Below, one piece after another: positions 40,301 to 55,300 of a DNA stretch of 64,000 nt; the stretch's first letter is position 1, and the number at the start of each line of letters is the position of its first letter. Location of the stretch: contig OZ024743.1 of NCBI GenBank assembly GCA_964016885.1, positions 236,964,001 to 237,028,000 on the forward strand, given 5' to 3'. A program made the position numbers and the translations under genes. The stretch is from Eledone cirrhosa. Its lineage: Eukaryota. The notes beneath the pieces were generated by a model. The model searched no databases. It saw only the letters and a list, made by a program, of their open reading frames with translations, and had not been told where the DNA came from.

Positions 40301-43300
40301 TACTGATTAGTCTGTCTAAGTCTAAAGTCTGTCTTATCATAGACAGCTACAGTATTGACAATTCTGTCTCAGTCTAAAGTCTGTCTTGTTTTAGACAGCT
40401 ACAGTATTGATTAGTGTGTCTAAGTCTAAAGTCTGTCTTGTAATAGACAGCTACAGTATTGATTAGTCTGTCTAAGTCTAAAGTCTGTCTTATTATAGAC
40501 AGCTACAGTATTGATTAGTCTGTCTAAGTCTAAAGTCTGTCTTATTATAGACAGCTACAGTATTGACAATTCTGTCTAAGTCTAAAGTCTGTCTTGTTAT
40601 AGACAGCTACAGTATTGATTAGTCTGTCTAAGTCTAAAGTATGTCTTGTTATAGACAGCTACAGTATTGATTATTCTGTCTAAGTCTAAAGTCTGTCTTA
40701 TTATGGACAGTAACAGTACTGATTAGTCTGTCTAAGTCTAAAGTCTGTCTTATTATAGACAGCTACAGTATTGCCAATTCTGTCTAAGTGTAAAGTCTGT
40801 CCTGTTATAGACAGCTACAGTATTGATTAGTCTGTCTAAGTCTAAAGTCTGTCTTATTATAGACAGCTACAGCATTGACAATTCTGTCTAAGTCTAAAGT
40901 GTGTCTTGTTATAGACAGCTACAGTATTGATTACTCTGTCTAAGTCTAAAGTCTGTCTTATCATAGACAGCTACAGTATTGACAATTCTGTCTCAGTCTA
41001 AAGTCTGTCTTGTTTTAGACAGCTACAGTATTGATTAGTCTGTCTAAGTCTAAAGTCTGTCTTGTTATAGACAGCTACAATATTGATTAGTCTGTCTAAG
41101 TCTAAAGTCTGTCTTGTTATAGACAGCTACAGTATTAATTAGTCTGTCTAAGTCTAAAGTCTGTCTTGTTATAGACAGCTACAGTATTGATTATTCTGTC
41201 TAAGTCTAAAGTCTGTCTTATTATGGACAGTAACAGTACTGTTTAGTCTGTCTAAGTCTAAAGTCTGTCTTATTATAGACAGCTACAGTATTGCCAATTC
41301 TGTCTAAGTGTAAAGTCTGTCCTGTTATAGACAGCTACAGTATTGATTAGTCTGTCTAATTCTAAAGTCTGTCTTATTATAGACAGCTACAGTATTGACG
41401 ATTCTGTCTATGTCTAAAGTCTGAGTTATTATAGACAGCTACAGTATTGATTAGTCTGTCTAAGTGTAAAGTCTGTCTTGTTATAGACAGCTACAATATT
41501 GATTAGTCTGTCTAAGTCTAAAGTCTGTCTTGTTATAGACAGCTACAGTATTGATTAGTCTGTCTAAGTCTAAAGTCTGTCTTGTTATAGACAGCTACAG
41601 TATTGATTATTCTGTCTAAGTCTAAAGTGTGTCTTGTTATAGACAGCTACATTATTGATTACTCTGTCTAAGTCTAAAGTCTGTCTTATCATAGACAGCT
41701 ACAGTATTGACAATTCTGTCTCAGTCTAAAGTCTGTCTTGTTTTAGACAGCTACAGTATTAATTAGTCTGTCTAAGTCTAAAGTCTGTCTTATTATGGAC
41801 AGTAACAGTACTGATTAGTCTGTCTAAGTCTAAAGTCTGTCTTATTATAGACAGCTACAGTATTGCCAATTCTGTCTAAGTGTAAAGTCTGTCCTGTTAT
41901 AGACAGCTACAGTATTGATTAGTCTGTCTAAGTCTAAAGTCTGTCTTATTATAGACAGCTACAGTATTGACAATTCTGTCTAAGTCTAACGTGTGTCTTG
42001 TTATAGACAGCTACATTATTGATTACTCTGTCTAAGTCTAAAGTCTGTCTTATCATAGACAGCTACAGTATTGACAATTCTGTCTCAGTCTAAAGTCTGT
42101 CTTGTTTTAGACAGCTACAGTATTGATTAGTCTGTCTAAGTCTAAAGTCTGTCTTGTTATAGACAGCTACAGTATTGATTAGTCTGTCTAAGTCTAAAGT
42201 CTGTCTTATTATAGACAGCCACAGTATTTATTAGTCTGTCTAAGTCTAAAGTCTGTCTTATTATAGACAGCTGCAGTACTGATTACTCTGTCTAAGTCTA
42301 AAGTCTGTCTTGTTATAGACAACTACAGTATTGATTAGTCTGTCTAAGTCTAAAGTCTGTCTTGTTATAGACAACTACAGTATTGATTAGTCTGTCTAAG
42401 TCTAAAATCTTTCTTATTATAGACAGCTACAGTATTGACAATTATGTCTAAGTCTAAAGTCTGTCTTGTTATAGACAGCTACAGTATTGATTAGTCTGTC
42501 TAAGTCTAAAGTCTGTCTTATTATAGACAGCTACAGTACTGATTAGTCTGTCTAAGCCTAAAGTCTGTCTTGTTATAAACAACTACAGTATTGATTAGTC
42601 TGTCTAAGTCTAAAATCTGTCTTATTATAGACAGCTACAGTATTGGCAATTCTGTCTAAGTCTAAAGTCTGTCTTTTTATAGACAGCTACAGTACTGATT
42701 AGTCTGTCTAAGTCTAAAGTCTGTCTTGTTATAGACAGCTACAGTACCGATTAGTCTGTCTAAGTCTAATGTCTGTCTTGTTATAGACAGCTACAATATT
42801 GATTAGTCTGTCTAAGTTTAAAGTTTTTCTTATTATAGACAGCTACAGTACTGATTAGTCTGTCTAAGTCTAAATTCTATCTTATTATAGACAGCTACAG
42901 TATTGATTAGTCTGTTTAAGTCTAAAGACTGTCTTATTATAGACAGCTACAGTATTGACGATTCTGTCTAAGTCTAAAGTCTGTCTTGTTATAGACAGCT
43001 ACAGTATTGATTAGTCTGTCTAAGTCTAAAGTCTGTCTTGTTATAGACAGCTACAGTATTGATTAGTCTGTCTAAGTCTTAAGTCTGTCTTGTTATAGAC
43101 AGCTACAGTATTGATTAGAATGTCTAAGTCTAAAGTCTGTCTTATTATAGAGAGCTACAGCATTGATTAGTCTGTCTAATTCTAAAGTCCGTCTTATTAT
43201 AGACAGCTACAGTATTGACAATTCTGTCTAAGTCTAAAGTCTGTCTTTTTATAGACAGCTACAGTACTGATTAGTCTGTCTAAGTCTAAAATCTGTCTTA

Positions 43301-46300
43301 TTATAGACAGCTACAGTATTGACAATTCTGTCTACGTCTAAAGTCTGTCTTGTTATAGACAGCTACAGTACCGATTAGTCTGTCTAAGTCTAATGTCTGT
43401 CTTGTTATAGACAGCTACAGTATTGATTATTCTGTCTAAGTTTAAAGTCTTTCTTAGTATAGACAGCTACAGTATTGACAATTCTCTCTGAGTCTAAAGT
43501 CTGTCTTATTATAGACAGCTACAGTATTGATTAGTCTGTTTAAGTCTAAACTCTGTCTTATTATAGACAGCTACAGTACTGATCAGTTTGTCTAAGTCTA
43601 AAGTCTGTCTTGTTATAGACAGCTACAGCATTGATTAGTCTTTCTAAGTCTAAAGTCTGTCTTATTATAGACAGCTACAGTATTGATTAGTCTGTCTAAG
43701 TCTAAAGTCTGTCTTATTATAGACAGCTACAGTATTGATTAGTCTGTCTAAGTCTAAAGTATGTCTTGTTATAGACAGCTACAGTATTGATTAGTCTGTC
43801 TAAGTCTAAAGTCTGTCTTATTATAGACAGCTACAGTATTTATTAGTCTGTCTAAGTCTAAAGTCTGTCTTATTATAGACAGCTACAGTACTGATTAGTC
43901 TGTCTAAGTCTAAAGTCTGTCTTATTATGGACAGTTACAGTACTGATTAGTCTGTCTAAGTCTAAAGTCTGTCTTATCATAGACAGCTACAGTATTGACA
44001 ATTCTGTCTAAGTGTAAAGGCTGTCCTGTTATAGACAGCTACAGTATTGATTAGTCTGTCTAAGTCTAAAGTCTGTCTTATTATAGACAGCTACAGCATT
44101 GACAATTCTGTCTAAGTCTAAAGTGTGTCTTGTTATAGACAGCTACAGTATTGATTACTCTGTCTAAGTCTAAAGTCTGTCTTATCATAGACAGCTACAG
44201 TATTGACAATTCTGTCTCAGTCTAAAGTCTGTCTTGTTTTAGACAGCTACAGTATTGATTAGTCTGTCTAAGTCTAAAGTCTGAGTTATTATAGACAGCT
44301 ACAGTATTGATTAGTCTGTCTAAGTGTAAAGTATGTCTTGTTATAGACAGCTACAATATTGATTAGTCTGTCTAATTCTAAAGTCTGTCTTGTTATAGAC
44401 AGCTACAGTATTGATTAGTCTGTCTAAGTCTAAAGTCTGTCTTGTTATAGACAGCTACAGTATTGATTATTCTGTCTAAGTCTAAAGTCTGTCTTATTAT
44501 GGACAGTAACAGTACTGATTAGTCTGTCTAAGTCTAAAGTCTGTCTTATTATAGTCAGCTACAGTATTGCCAATTCTGTCTAAGTGTAACGTCTGTCCTG
44601 TTATAGACAGCTACAGTATTGATTAGTCTGTCTAAGTCTAGAGTCTGTCTTATTATAGACAGCTACAGTATTGACAATTCTGTCTAAGTCTAAAGTGTGT
44701 CTTGTTATAGACAGCTACATTATTGATTACTCTGTCTAAGTCTAAAGTCTGTCTTATCATAGACAGCTACAGTATTGACAATTCTGTCTCAGTCTAAAGT
44801 CTGTCTTGTTTTAGACAGCTACAGTATTGATTAGTCTGTCTAAGTCTAAAGTCTGTCTTGTTATAGACAGCTACAGTATTGATTAGTCTGTCTAAGTCTA
44901 AAGTCTGTCTTGTTATAGACAGCCACAGTATTTATTAGTCTGTCTAAGTCTAAAGTCTGTCTTATTATAGACAGCTGCAGTACTGATTACTCTGTCTAAG
45001 TCTAAAGTCTGTCTTGTTATAGACAACTACAGTATTGATTAGTCTGTCTAAGTCTAAAGTCTGTCTTGTTATAGACAACTACAGTATTGATTAGTCTGTC
45101 TAAGTCTAAAATATTTCTTATTATAGACAGCTACAGTATTGACAATTATGTCTAAGTCTAAAGTCTGTCTTGTTATAGACAGCTACAGTATTGATTAGTC
45201 TGTCTAAGTCTAAAGTCTGTCTTATTATAGACAGCTACAGTACTGATTAGTCTGTCTAAGCCTAAAGTCTGTCTTGTTATAAACAACTACAGTATTGATT
45301 AGTCTGTCTAAGTCTAAAATCTGTCTTATTATAGACAGCTACAGTATTGCCAATTCTGTCTAAGTCTAAAGTCTGTCTTTTTATAGACAGCTACAGTACT
45401 GATTAGTCTGTCTAAGTCTAAAGTCTGTCTTGTTATAGACAGCTACAGTACCGATTAGTCTGTCTAAGTCCAATGTCTGTCTTGTTATAGACAGCTACAA
45501 TATTGATTAGTCTGTCTAAGTTTAAAGTTTTTCTTATTATAGACAGCTACAGTACTGATTAGTCTGTCTAAGTCTAAATTCTATCTTATTATAGACAGCT
45601 ACAGTATTGATTAGTCTGTTTAAGTCTAAAGACTGTCTTATTATAGACAGCTACAGTATTGACGATTCTGTCTAAGTCTAAAGTCTGTCTTGTTATAGAC
45701 AGCTACAGTGTTGATTAGTCTGTTTAAGTCTAAACTCTGTCTTATTATAGACAGCTACAGTACTGATCAGTTTGTCTAAGTCTAAAGTCTGTCTTGTTAT
45801 AGACAGCTACAGTATTGATTAGTCTTTCTAAGTCTAAAGTCTGTCTTATTATAGACAGCTACAGTATTGATTAGTCTGTCTAAGTCTAAAGTCTGTCTTA
45901 TTATAGACAGCTACAGTACTGATTAATCTGTCTAAGTCTAAAGTATGTCTTGTTATAGACAGCTACAGTATTGATTAGTCTGTCTAAGTCTAAAGTCTGT
46001 CTTATTATAGACAGCTACAGTACTGATTAGTCTGTCTAAGTCTAAAGTCTGTCTTATTATGGACAGTTACAGTACTGATTAGTCTGTCTAAGTCTAAAGT
46101 CTGTCTTATTATAGACAGCTACAGTATTGCCAATTCTGTCTAAGTCTAAAGTCTGTCTTGTTATAGACAGCTACAGTATTGATTAGTCTGTGTAAGTCTA
46201 AAGTCTGTCTTATCATAGACAGCTACAGTATTGACAATTCTGTCTCAGTCTAAAGTCTGTCTTGTTTTAGACAGCTACAGTATTGATTAGTGTGTCTAAG

Positions 46301-49300
46301 TCTAAAGTCTGTCTTGTAATAGACAGCTACAGTATTGATTAGTCTGTCTAAGTCTAAAGTCTGTCTTATTATAGACAGCTACAGTATTGATTAGTCTGTC
46401 TAAGTCTAAAGTCTGTCTTATTATAGACAGCTACAGTATTGACAATTCTGTCTAAGTCTAAAGTCTGTCTTGTTATAGACAGCTACAGTATTGATTAGTC
46501 TGTCTAAGTCTAAAGTCTGTCTTGTTATAGACAGCTACAGTATTGATTATTCTGTCTAAGTCTAAAGTCTGTCTTATTATGGACAGTAACAGTACTGATT
46601 AGTCTGTCTAAGTCTAAAGTCTGTCTTATTATAGACAGCTACAGTATTGCCAATTCTGTCTAAGTGTAAAGTCTGTCCTGTTATAGACAGCTACAGTATT
46701 GATTAGTCTGTCTAAGTCTAAAGTCTGTCTTATTATAGACAGCTACAGCATTGACAATTCTGTCTAAGTCTAAAGTGTGTCTTGTTATAGACAGCTACAG
46801 TATTGATTAATCTGTCTATGTCTAAAGTCTGTCTTATCATAGACAGCTACAGTATTGACAATTCTGTCTCAGTCTAAAGTCTGTCTTGTTTTAGACAGCT
46901 ACAGTATTGATTAGTCTGTCTAAATCTAAAGTCTGTCTTGTTATAGACAGCTACAATATTGATTAGTCTGTCTAAGTCTAAAGTCTGTCTTGTTATAGAC
47001 AGCTACAGTATTGATTAGTCTGTCTAAGTCTAAAGTCTGTCTTGTTATAGACAGCTACAGTATTGATTATTCTGTCTAAGTCTAAAGTCTGTCTTATTAT
47101 GGACAGTAACAGTACTGATTAGTGTGTCTAAGTCTAAAGTCTGTCTTATTATAGACAGCTACAGTATTGCCAATTCTGTCTAAGTGTAAAGTCTGTCCTG
47201 TTATAGACAGCTACAGTATTGATTAGTCTGTCTAAGTCTAAAGTCTGTCTTATTATAGACAGCTACAGTATTGACGATTCTGTCTATGTCTAAAGTCTGA
47301 GTTATTATAGACAGCTACAGTATTGATTAGTCTGTCTAAGTGTAAAGTCTGTCTTGTTATAGACAGCTACAATATTGATTAGTCTGTCTAAGTCTAAAGT
47401 CTGTCTTGTTATAGACAGCTACAGTATTGATTAGTCTGTCTAAGTCTAAAGTCTGTCTTGTTATAGACAGCTACAGTATTGATTATTCTGTCTAAGTCTA
47501 AAGTCTGTCTTATTATGGACAGTAACAGTACTGATTAGTCTGTCTAAGTCTAAAGTCTGTCTTATTATAGACAGCTACAGTATTGGCAACTCTGTCTAAG
47601 TCTAAACTCTGTCTTGTTATAGACAGTTACATTATTGATTAGTCTGTCTAAGTCTAAAGTCTGTCTTATTATAGATAGCTACAGTACTGACAATTCTGTC
47701 TAAGTCTAAAGTGTGTCTTGTTATAGACAGCTACATTATTGATTACTCTGTCTAAGTCTAAAGTCTGTCTTATCATAGACAGCTACAGTATTGACAATTC
47801 TGTCTCAGTCTAAAGTCTGTCTTGTTTTAGACAGCTACAGTATTGATTAGTCTGTCTAAGTCTAAAGTCTGTCTTGTTATAGACAGCTACAGTATTGATT
47901 AGTCTGTCTAAGTCTAAAGTCTGTCTTATTATAGACAGCCACAGTATTGATTAGTCTGTCTAAGTTTAAAGTCTGTCTTATTATAGACAGCTGCAGTACT
48001 GATTACTCTGTCTAAGTCTAAAGTCTGTCTTGTTATAGACAACTACAGTATTGATTAGTCTGTCTAAGTCTAAAGTCTGTCTTGTTATAGACAACTACAG
48101 TATTGATTAGTCTGTCTAAGTCTAAAATCTTTCTTATTATAGACAGCTACAGTATTGACAATTTTGTCTAAGTCTAAAGTCTGTCTTGTTATAGACAGCT
48201 ACAGTATTGATTAGTCTGTCTAAGTCTAAAGTCTGTCTTATTATAGACAGCTACAGTACTGAATAGTCTGTCTAAGTCTAAAGTCTGTCTTGTTATAGAC
48301 AACTACAGTATTGATTAGTCTGTCTAAGTCTAAAGTCTGTCTTATTATAGACAGCTACAGTATTGGCAATTCTGTCTAAGTCTAAAGTCTGTCTTTTTAT
48401 AGACAGCTACAGTACTGATTAGTCTGTCTAAGTCTAAACTCTCTCTTGTTATAGACAACTACAGTATTGATTAGTCTGTCTAAGTCTAAAATCTGTCTTA
48501 TTATAGACAGCTACGGTATTGACAATTCTTTCTACGTCTAAACTCTGTCTTGTTATAGACAGCTACAGTACCGATTAGTCTGTCTAAGTCTAATGTCTGT
48601 CTTGTTATAGACAGCTACAGTATTGATTAGTCTGTCTAAGTTGAAAGTCTTTCTTAGTATAGACAGCTACAGTACTGATTAGTCTGTCTAGTCTAAAGTA
48701 TGTCTTCTTATAGACAACTACAGTATTGTTTAGTTTGTCTAAGTCTAAAATCTGTCTTATTATAGACAGCTACAGTATTGACAATTGTGTCTACGTCTAA
48801 ATTCTGTCTTGTTATAGAGAGCTACAGGACCGATTAGTCTGTCTAAGTCTAAAGTCTTTCTTATTATAGACAGCTACAGTATTGACAATTCTCTCTAAGT
48901 CTAAAGTCTGTCTTGTTATAGACAGCTACAGTATTGATTACTCTGTCTAAGACTAAAGTCTGTCTTATCATAGACAGCTACTGTATTGACAATTCTGTCT
49001 CAGTCTAAAGTCTGTCTTGTTTTAGACAGCTACAGTATTGATTAGTCTGTCTAACTCTAAAGTCTGTCTTGTTATAGACAGCTACAGTATTGATTAGTAT
49101 GTCTAAGTCTAAAGTCTGTCTTATTATAGACAGCTACAGTATTGATTAGTCTGTCTAAGTCTAAAGTTTGTCTTATTATAGACAGCTACAGTACTGATTA
49201 GTCTGTCTAAGTCTAAAGTCTGTCTTATTATAGACAGCTACAGTATTGACGATTCTGTCTAAGTCTAAAGTCTGTCTTGTTATAGACAGCTACAGTATTG

Positions 49301-52300
49301 ACAATTCTGTCTAAGTCTAAAGTCTGTCTTGTTATAAACAGCTAAAGTATTGATTAGTCTGTCTAAGTCTAAAGTCTGTCTTATAATAGACAGCTACAGT
49401 ATTGACAATTATGTCTAAGTCTAAAGTCTGTCTTGTTATAGACAGCTACAGTATTGATTAGTCTGTCTAAGTCTAAAGTCTGTCTTGTTATAGACAACTA
49501 CAGTATTGATTAGTCTGTCTAAGTCTAAAATCTGTCTTATTATAGACAGCTACAGTATTGACAATTCTGTCTAAGTCTAAAGTCTGTATTTTTATAGACA
49601 GCTACAGTACTGATTAGTCTGTCTAAGTGTAAAGTCTGTCTTGTTATAGACAGCTACAATATTGATTACTCTGTCTAAGTCTAAACTCTGTCTTGTTATA
49701 GACAGTTACATTATTGATTAGTCTGTCTAAGTCTAAAGTCTGTCTTATTAAAGACAGCTACAGTATTGACAATTCTGACTAAGTCTAAAGTCTGTCTTGT
49801 TATAGACAGCTACAGTATTGATTAGTCTGTCTAAGTCTAAAGTCTGTCTTGTTATAAACAGCTACAGTATTGATTAGTCTGTCTAAGTCTAAAGTCTGTC
49901 TTATTATAGACAGCTACAGTATTGCCAATTCTGTCTAAGTGTAAAGTCTGTCTTGTTATAGACAGTTACAGTATTGATTAGTCTGTCTAAGTCTAAAGTC
50001 TGTCTTATTATAGACAGCTACAGTATTGACAATTCTGTCTAAGTCTAAAGTCTGTCTTGTTATAGACAGCTACAGTATTGATTACTCTGTCTAAGTCTAA
50101 AGTCTGTCTTATCATAGACAGCTACAGTATTGACAATTCTGTCTCAGTCTAAAGTCTGTCTTGTTATAGACAGCTACAGTATTGATTTGTCTGTCTAAGT
50201 CTAAAGTCTGTCTTATTATAGATAGCTACAGTACTGATTAGTCTGTCTAAGTCTAAAGTCTGTCTTATCATAGACAGCTACAGTATTGATTAGTCTGTCT
50301 AAGTCTAAAGTCTGTCTTATTATAGACAGCTACAGTATTGATTAGTCTGTCTAAGTCTAAAGTCTGTCTTATTATAGATAGCTACAGTACTGATTAGTCT
50401 GTCTAAGTCTAAAGTCTGTCTTATTATAGACAGCTACAGTATTGACAATTCTGTCTAAGTCTAAAGCCTGTCTTGTTATAAACAGCTACAGTATTGATTA
50501 GTCTGTCTAAGTCTAAAGTTTGTCTTATTATAGACAGCTACAGTATTGACAATTATGTCTAAGTCTAAAGTCTGTCTTGTTATAGACAGCTACAGTATTG
50601 ATTAGTCTGTCTAAGTCTAAAGTCTGTCTTATTATAGACAGCTACATTACTGATTAGTCTGTCTAAGTCTAAAGTCTGTCTTATTATAGATAGCTACAGT
50701 ACTGATTAGTCTGTCTAAGTCTAAAGTCTGTCTTATTATAGACAGCTACAGTATTGACAATTCTGTCTAAGTCTAAAGTCTGTCTTGTTATAAACAACTA
50801 CAGTATTGATTAGTCTGTCTAAGTCTAAAATCTGTCTTATTATAGACAGCTACAGTATTGGCAATTCTGTCTAAGTCTAAAGTCTGTCTTTTTATAGACA
50901 GCTACAATACTGATTAGTCTGTCTAAGTCTAAAGTCTGTCTTGTTATAGACAGCTACAGTACCGATTAGTCTGTCTAAGTCTAATGTCTGTCTTGTTATA
51001 GACAGCTACAATATTGATTAGTCTGTCTAAGTTTAAAGTTTTTCTTATTATAGACAGCTACAGTACTGATTAGTCTGTCTAAGTCTAAATTCTATCTTAT
51101 TATAGACAGCTACAGTATTGATTAGTCTGTTTAAGTCTAAAGACTGTCTTATTATAGACAGCTACAGTATTGATTAGTCTGTCTAAGTCTTAAGTCTGTC
51201 TTGTTATAGACAGCTACAGTATTGATTAGTCTGTCTAAGTCTTAAGTCTGTCTTGTTATAGACAGCTACAGTATTGATTAGAATGTCTAAGTCTAAAGTC
51301 TGTCTTATTATAGAGAGCTACAGCATTGATTAGTCTGTCTAATTCTAAAGTCCGTCTTATTATAGACAGCTACAGTATTGACAATTCTGTCTAAGTCTAA
51401 AGTCTGTCTTTTTATAGACAGCTACAGTACTGATTAGTCTGTCTAAGTCTAAAATCTGTCTTATTATAGACAGCTACAGTATTGACAATTCTGTCTACGT
51501 CTAAAGTCTGTCTTGTTATAGACAGCTACAGTACCGATTAGTCTGTCTAAGTCTAATGTCTGTCTTGTTATAGACAGCTACAGTATTGATTATTCTGTCT
51601 AAGTTTAAAGTCTTTCTTAGTATAGACAGCTACAGTATTGACAATTCTCTCTGAGTCTAAAGTCTGTCTTATTATAGACAGCTACAGTATTGATTAGTCT
51701 GTTTAAGTCTAAACTCTGTCTTATTATAGACAGCTACAGTAATAATCAGTTTGTCTAAGTCTAAAGTCTGTCTTGTTATAGACAGTTACAGCATTGATTA
51801 GTCTTTCTAAGTCTAAAGTCTGTCTTATTATAGACAGCTACAGTATTGATTAGTCTGTCTAAGTCTAAAGTCTGTCTTATTATAGACAGCTACAGTATTG
51901 ATTAGTCTGTCTAAGTCTAAAGTATGTCTTGTTATAGACAGCTACAGTATTGATTAGTCTGTCTAAGTCTAAAGTCTGTCTTATTATAGACAGCTACAGT
52001 ATTTATTAGTCTGTCTAAGTCTAAAGCCTGTCTTATTATAGACAGCTACAGTACTGATTAGTCTGTCTAAGTCTAAAGTCTGTCTTATTATGGACAGTTA
52101 CAGTACTGATTAGTCTGTCTAAGTCTAAAGTCTGTCTTATCATAGCCAGCTACAGTATTGACAATTCTGTCTCAGTCTAAAGTCTGTCTTGTTTTAGACA
52201 GCTACAGTATTGATTAGTGTGTCTAAGTCTAAAGTCTGTCTTGTAATAGACAGCTACAGTATTGATTAGTCTGTCTAAGTCTAAAGTCTGTCTTATTATA

Positions 52301-55300
52301 GACAGCTACAGTATTGATTAGTCTGTCTAAGTCTAAAGTCTGTCTTATTATAGACAGCTACAGTATTGACAATTCTGTCTAAGTCTAAAGTCTGTCTTAT
52401 TATAGACAGCTACAGTATTGATTAGTCTGTCTAAGTCTAAAGTCTGTCTTGTTATAGACAGCTACAGTATTGATTATTCTGTCTAAGTCTAAAGTCTGTC
52501 TTATTATGGACAGTAACAGTACTGATTAGTCTGTCTAAGTCTAAAGTCTGTCTTGTTATAGACAGCTACAATATTGATTAGTCTGTCTAAGTCTAAAGTC
52601 TGTCTTGTTATAGACAGCTACAGTATTGATTAGTCTGTCTAAGTCTAAAGTCTGTCTTGTTATAGACAGCTACAGTATTGATTATTCTGTCTAAGTCTAA
52701 AGTCTGTCTTATTATGGACAGTAACAGTACTGTTTAGTCTGTCTAAGTCTAAAGTCTGTCTTATTATAGACAGCTACAGTATTGCCAATTCTGTCTAAGT
52801 GTAAAGTCTGTCCTGTTATAGACAGCTACAGTATTGATTAGTCTGTCTAATTCTAAAGTCTGTCTTATTATAGACAGCTACAGTATTGACGATTCTGTCT
52901 ATGTCTAAAGTCTGAGTTATTATAGACAGCTACAGTATTGATTAGTCTGTCTAAGTGTAAAGTCTGTCTTGTTATAGACAGCTACAATATTGATTAGTCT
53001 GTCTAAGTCTAAAGTCTGTCTTGTTATAGACAGCTACAGTATTGATTAGTCTGTCTAAGTCTAAAGTCTGTCTTGTTATAGACAGCTACAGTATTGATTA
53101 TTCTGTCTAAGTCTAAAGTGTGTCTTGTTATAGACAGCTACATTATTGATTACTCTGTCTAAGTCTAAAGTCTGTCTTATCATAGACAGCTACAGTATTG
53201 ACAATTCTGTCTCAGTCTAAAGTCTGTCTTGTTTTAGATAGCTACAGTATTGATTAGTCTGTCTAAGTCTAAAGTCTGTCTTATTATGGACAGTAACAGT
53301 ACTGATTAGTCTGTCTAAGTCTAAAGTCTGTCTTATTATAGACAGCTACAGTATTGCCATTTCTGTCTAAGTGTAAAGTCTGTCCTGTTATAGACAGCTA
53401 CAGTAATGATTAGTCTGTCTAAGTCTAAAGTCTGTCTTATTATAGACAGCTACAGTATTGACAATTCTGTCTAAGTCTAACGTGTGTCTTGTTATAGACA
53501 GCTACATTATTGATTACTCTGTCTAAGTCTAAAGTCTGTCTTATCATAGACAGCTACAGTATTGACAATTCTGTCTCAGTCTAAAGTCTGTCTTGTTTTA
53601 GACAGCTACAGTATTGATTAGTCTGTCTAAGTCTAAAGTCTGTCTTGTTATAGACAGCTACAGTATTGATTAGTCTGTCTAAGTCTAAAGTCTGTCTTAT
53701 TATAGACAGCCACAGTATTTATTTATTAGTCTGTCTAAGTCTAAAGTCTGTCTTATTATAGACAGCTGCAGTACTGATTACTCTGTCTAAGTCTAAAGTC
53801 TGTCTTGTTATAGACAACTACAGTATTGATTAGTCTGTCTAAGTCTAAAGTCTGTCTTGTTATAGACAACTACAGTATTGATTAGTCTGTCTAAGTCTAA
53901 AATCTTTCTTATTATAGACAGCTACAGTATTGACAATTATGTCTAAGTCTAAAGTCTGTCTTGTTATAGACAGCTACAGTATTGATTAGTCTGTCTAAGT
54001 CTAAAGTCTGTCTTATTATAGACAGCTACAGTACTGATTAGTCTGTCTAAGCCTAAAGTCTGTCTTGTTATAAACAACTACAGTATTGATTAGTCTGTCT
54101 AAGTCTAAAATCTGTCTTATTATAGACAGCTACAGTATTGGCAATTCTGTCTAAGTCTAAAGTCTGTCTTTTTATAGACAGCTACAGTACTGATTAGTCT
54201 GTCTAAGTCTAAAGTCTGTCTTGTTATAGACAGCTACAGTACCGATTAGTCTGTCTAAGTCTAATGTCTGTCTTGTTATAGACAGCTACAATATTGATTA
54301 GTCTGTCTAAGTTTAAAGTTTTTCTTATTATAGACAGCTACAGTACTGATTAGTCTGTCTAAGTCTAAATTCTATCTTATTATAGACAGCTACAGTATTG
54401 ATTAGTCTGTTTAAGTCTAAAGACTGTCTTATTATAGACAGCTACAGTATTGACGATTCTGTCTAAGTCTAAAGTCTGTCTTGTTATAGACAGCTACAGT
54501 ATTGATTAGTCTGTCTAAGTCTAAAGTCTGTCTTGTTATAGACAGCTACAGTATTGATTAGTCTGTCTAAGTCTTAAGTCTGTCTTGTTATAGACAGCTA
54601 CAGTATTGATTAGAATGTCTAAGTCTAAAGTCTGTCTTATTATAGAGAGCTACAGCATTGATTAGTCTGTCTAATTCTAAAGTCCGTCTTATTATAGACA
54701 GCTACAGTATTGACAATTCTGTCTAAGTCTAAAGTCTGTCTTTTTATAGACAGCTACAGTACTGATTAGTCTGTCTAAGTCTAAAATCTGTCTTATTATA
54801 GACAGCTACAGTATTGACAATTCTGTCTACGTCTAAAGTCTGTCTTGTTATAGACAGCTACAGTACCGATTAGTCTGTCTAAGTCTAATGTCTGTCTTGT
54901 TATAGACAGCTACAGTATTGATTATTCTGTCTAAGTTTAAAGTCTTTCTTAGTATAGACAGCTACAGTATTGACAATTCTCTCTGAGTCTAAAGTCTGTC
55001 TTATTATAGACAGCTACAGTATTGATTAGTCTGTTTAAGTCTAAACTCTGTCTTATTATAGACAGCTACAGTACTGATCAGTTTGTCTAAGTCTAAAGTC
55101 TGTCTTGTTATAGACAGCTACAGCATTGATTAGTCTTTCTAAGTCTAAAGTCTGTCTTATTATAGACAGCTACAGTATTGATTAGTCTGTCTAAGTCTAA
55201 AGTCTGTCTTATTATAGACAGCTACAGTATTGATTAGTCTGTCTAAGTCTAAAGTATGTCTTGTTATAGACAGCTACAGTATTGATTAGTCTGTCTAAGT

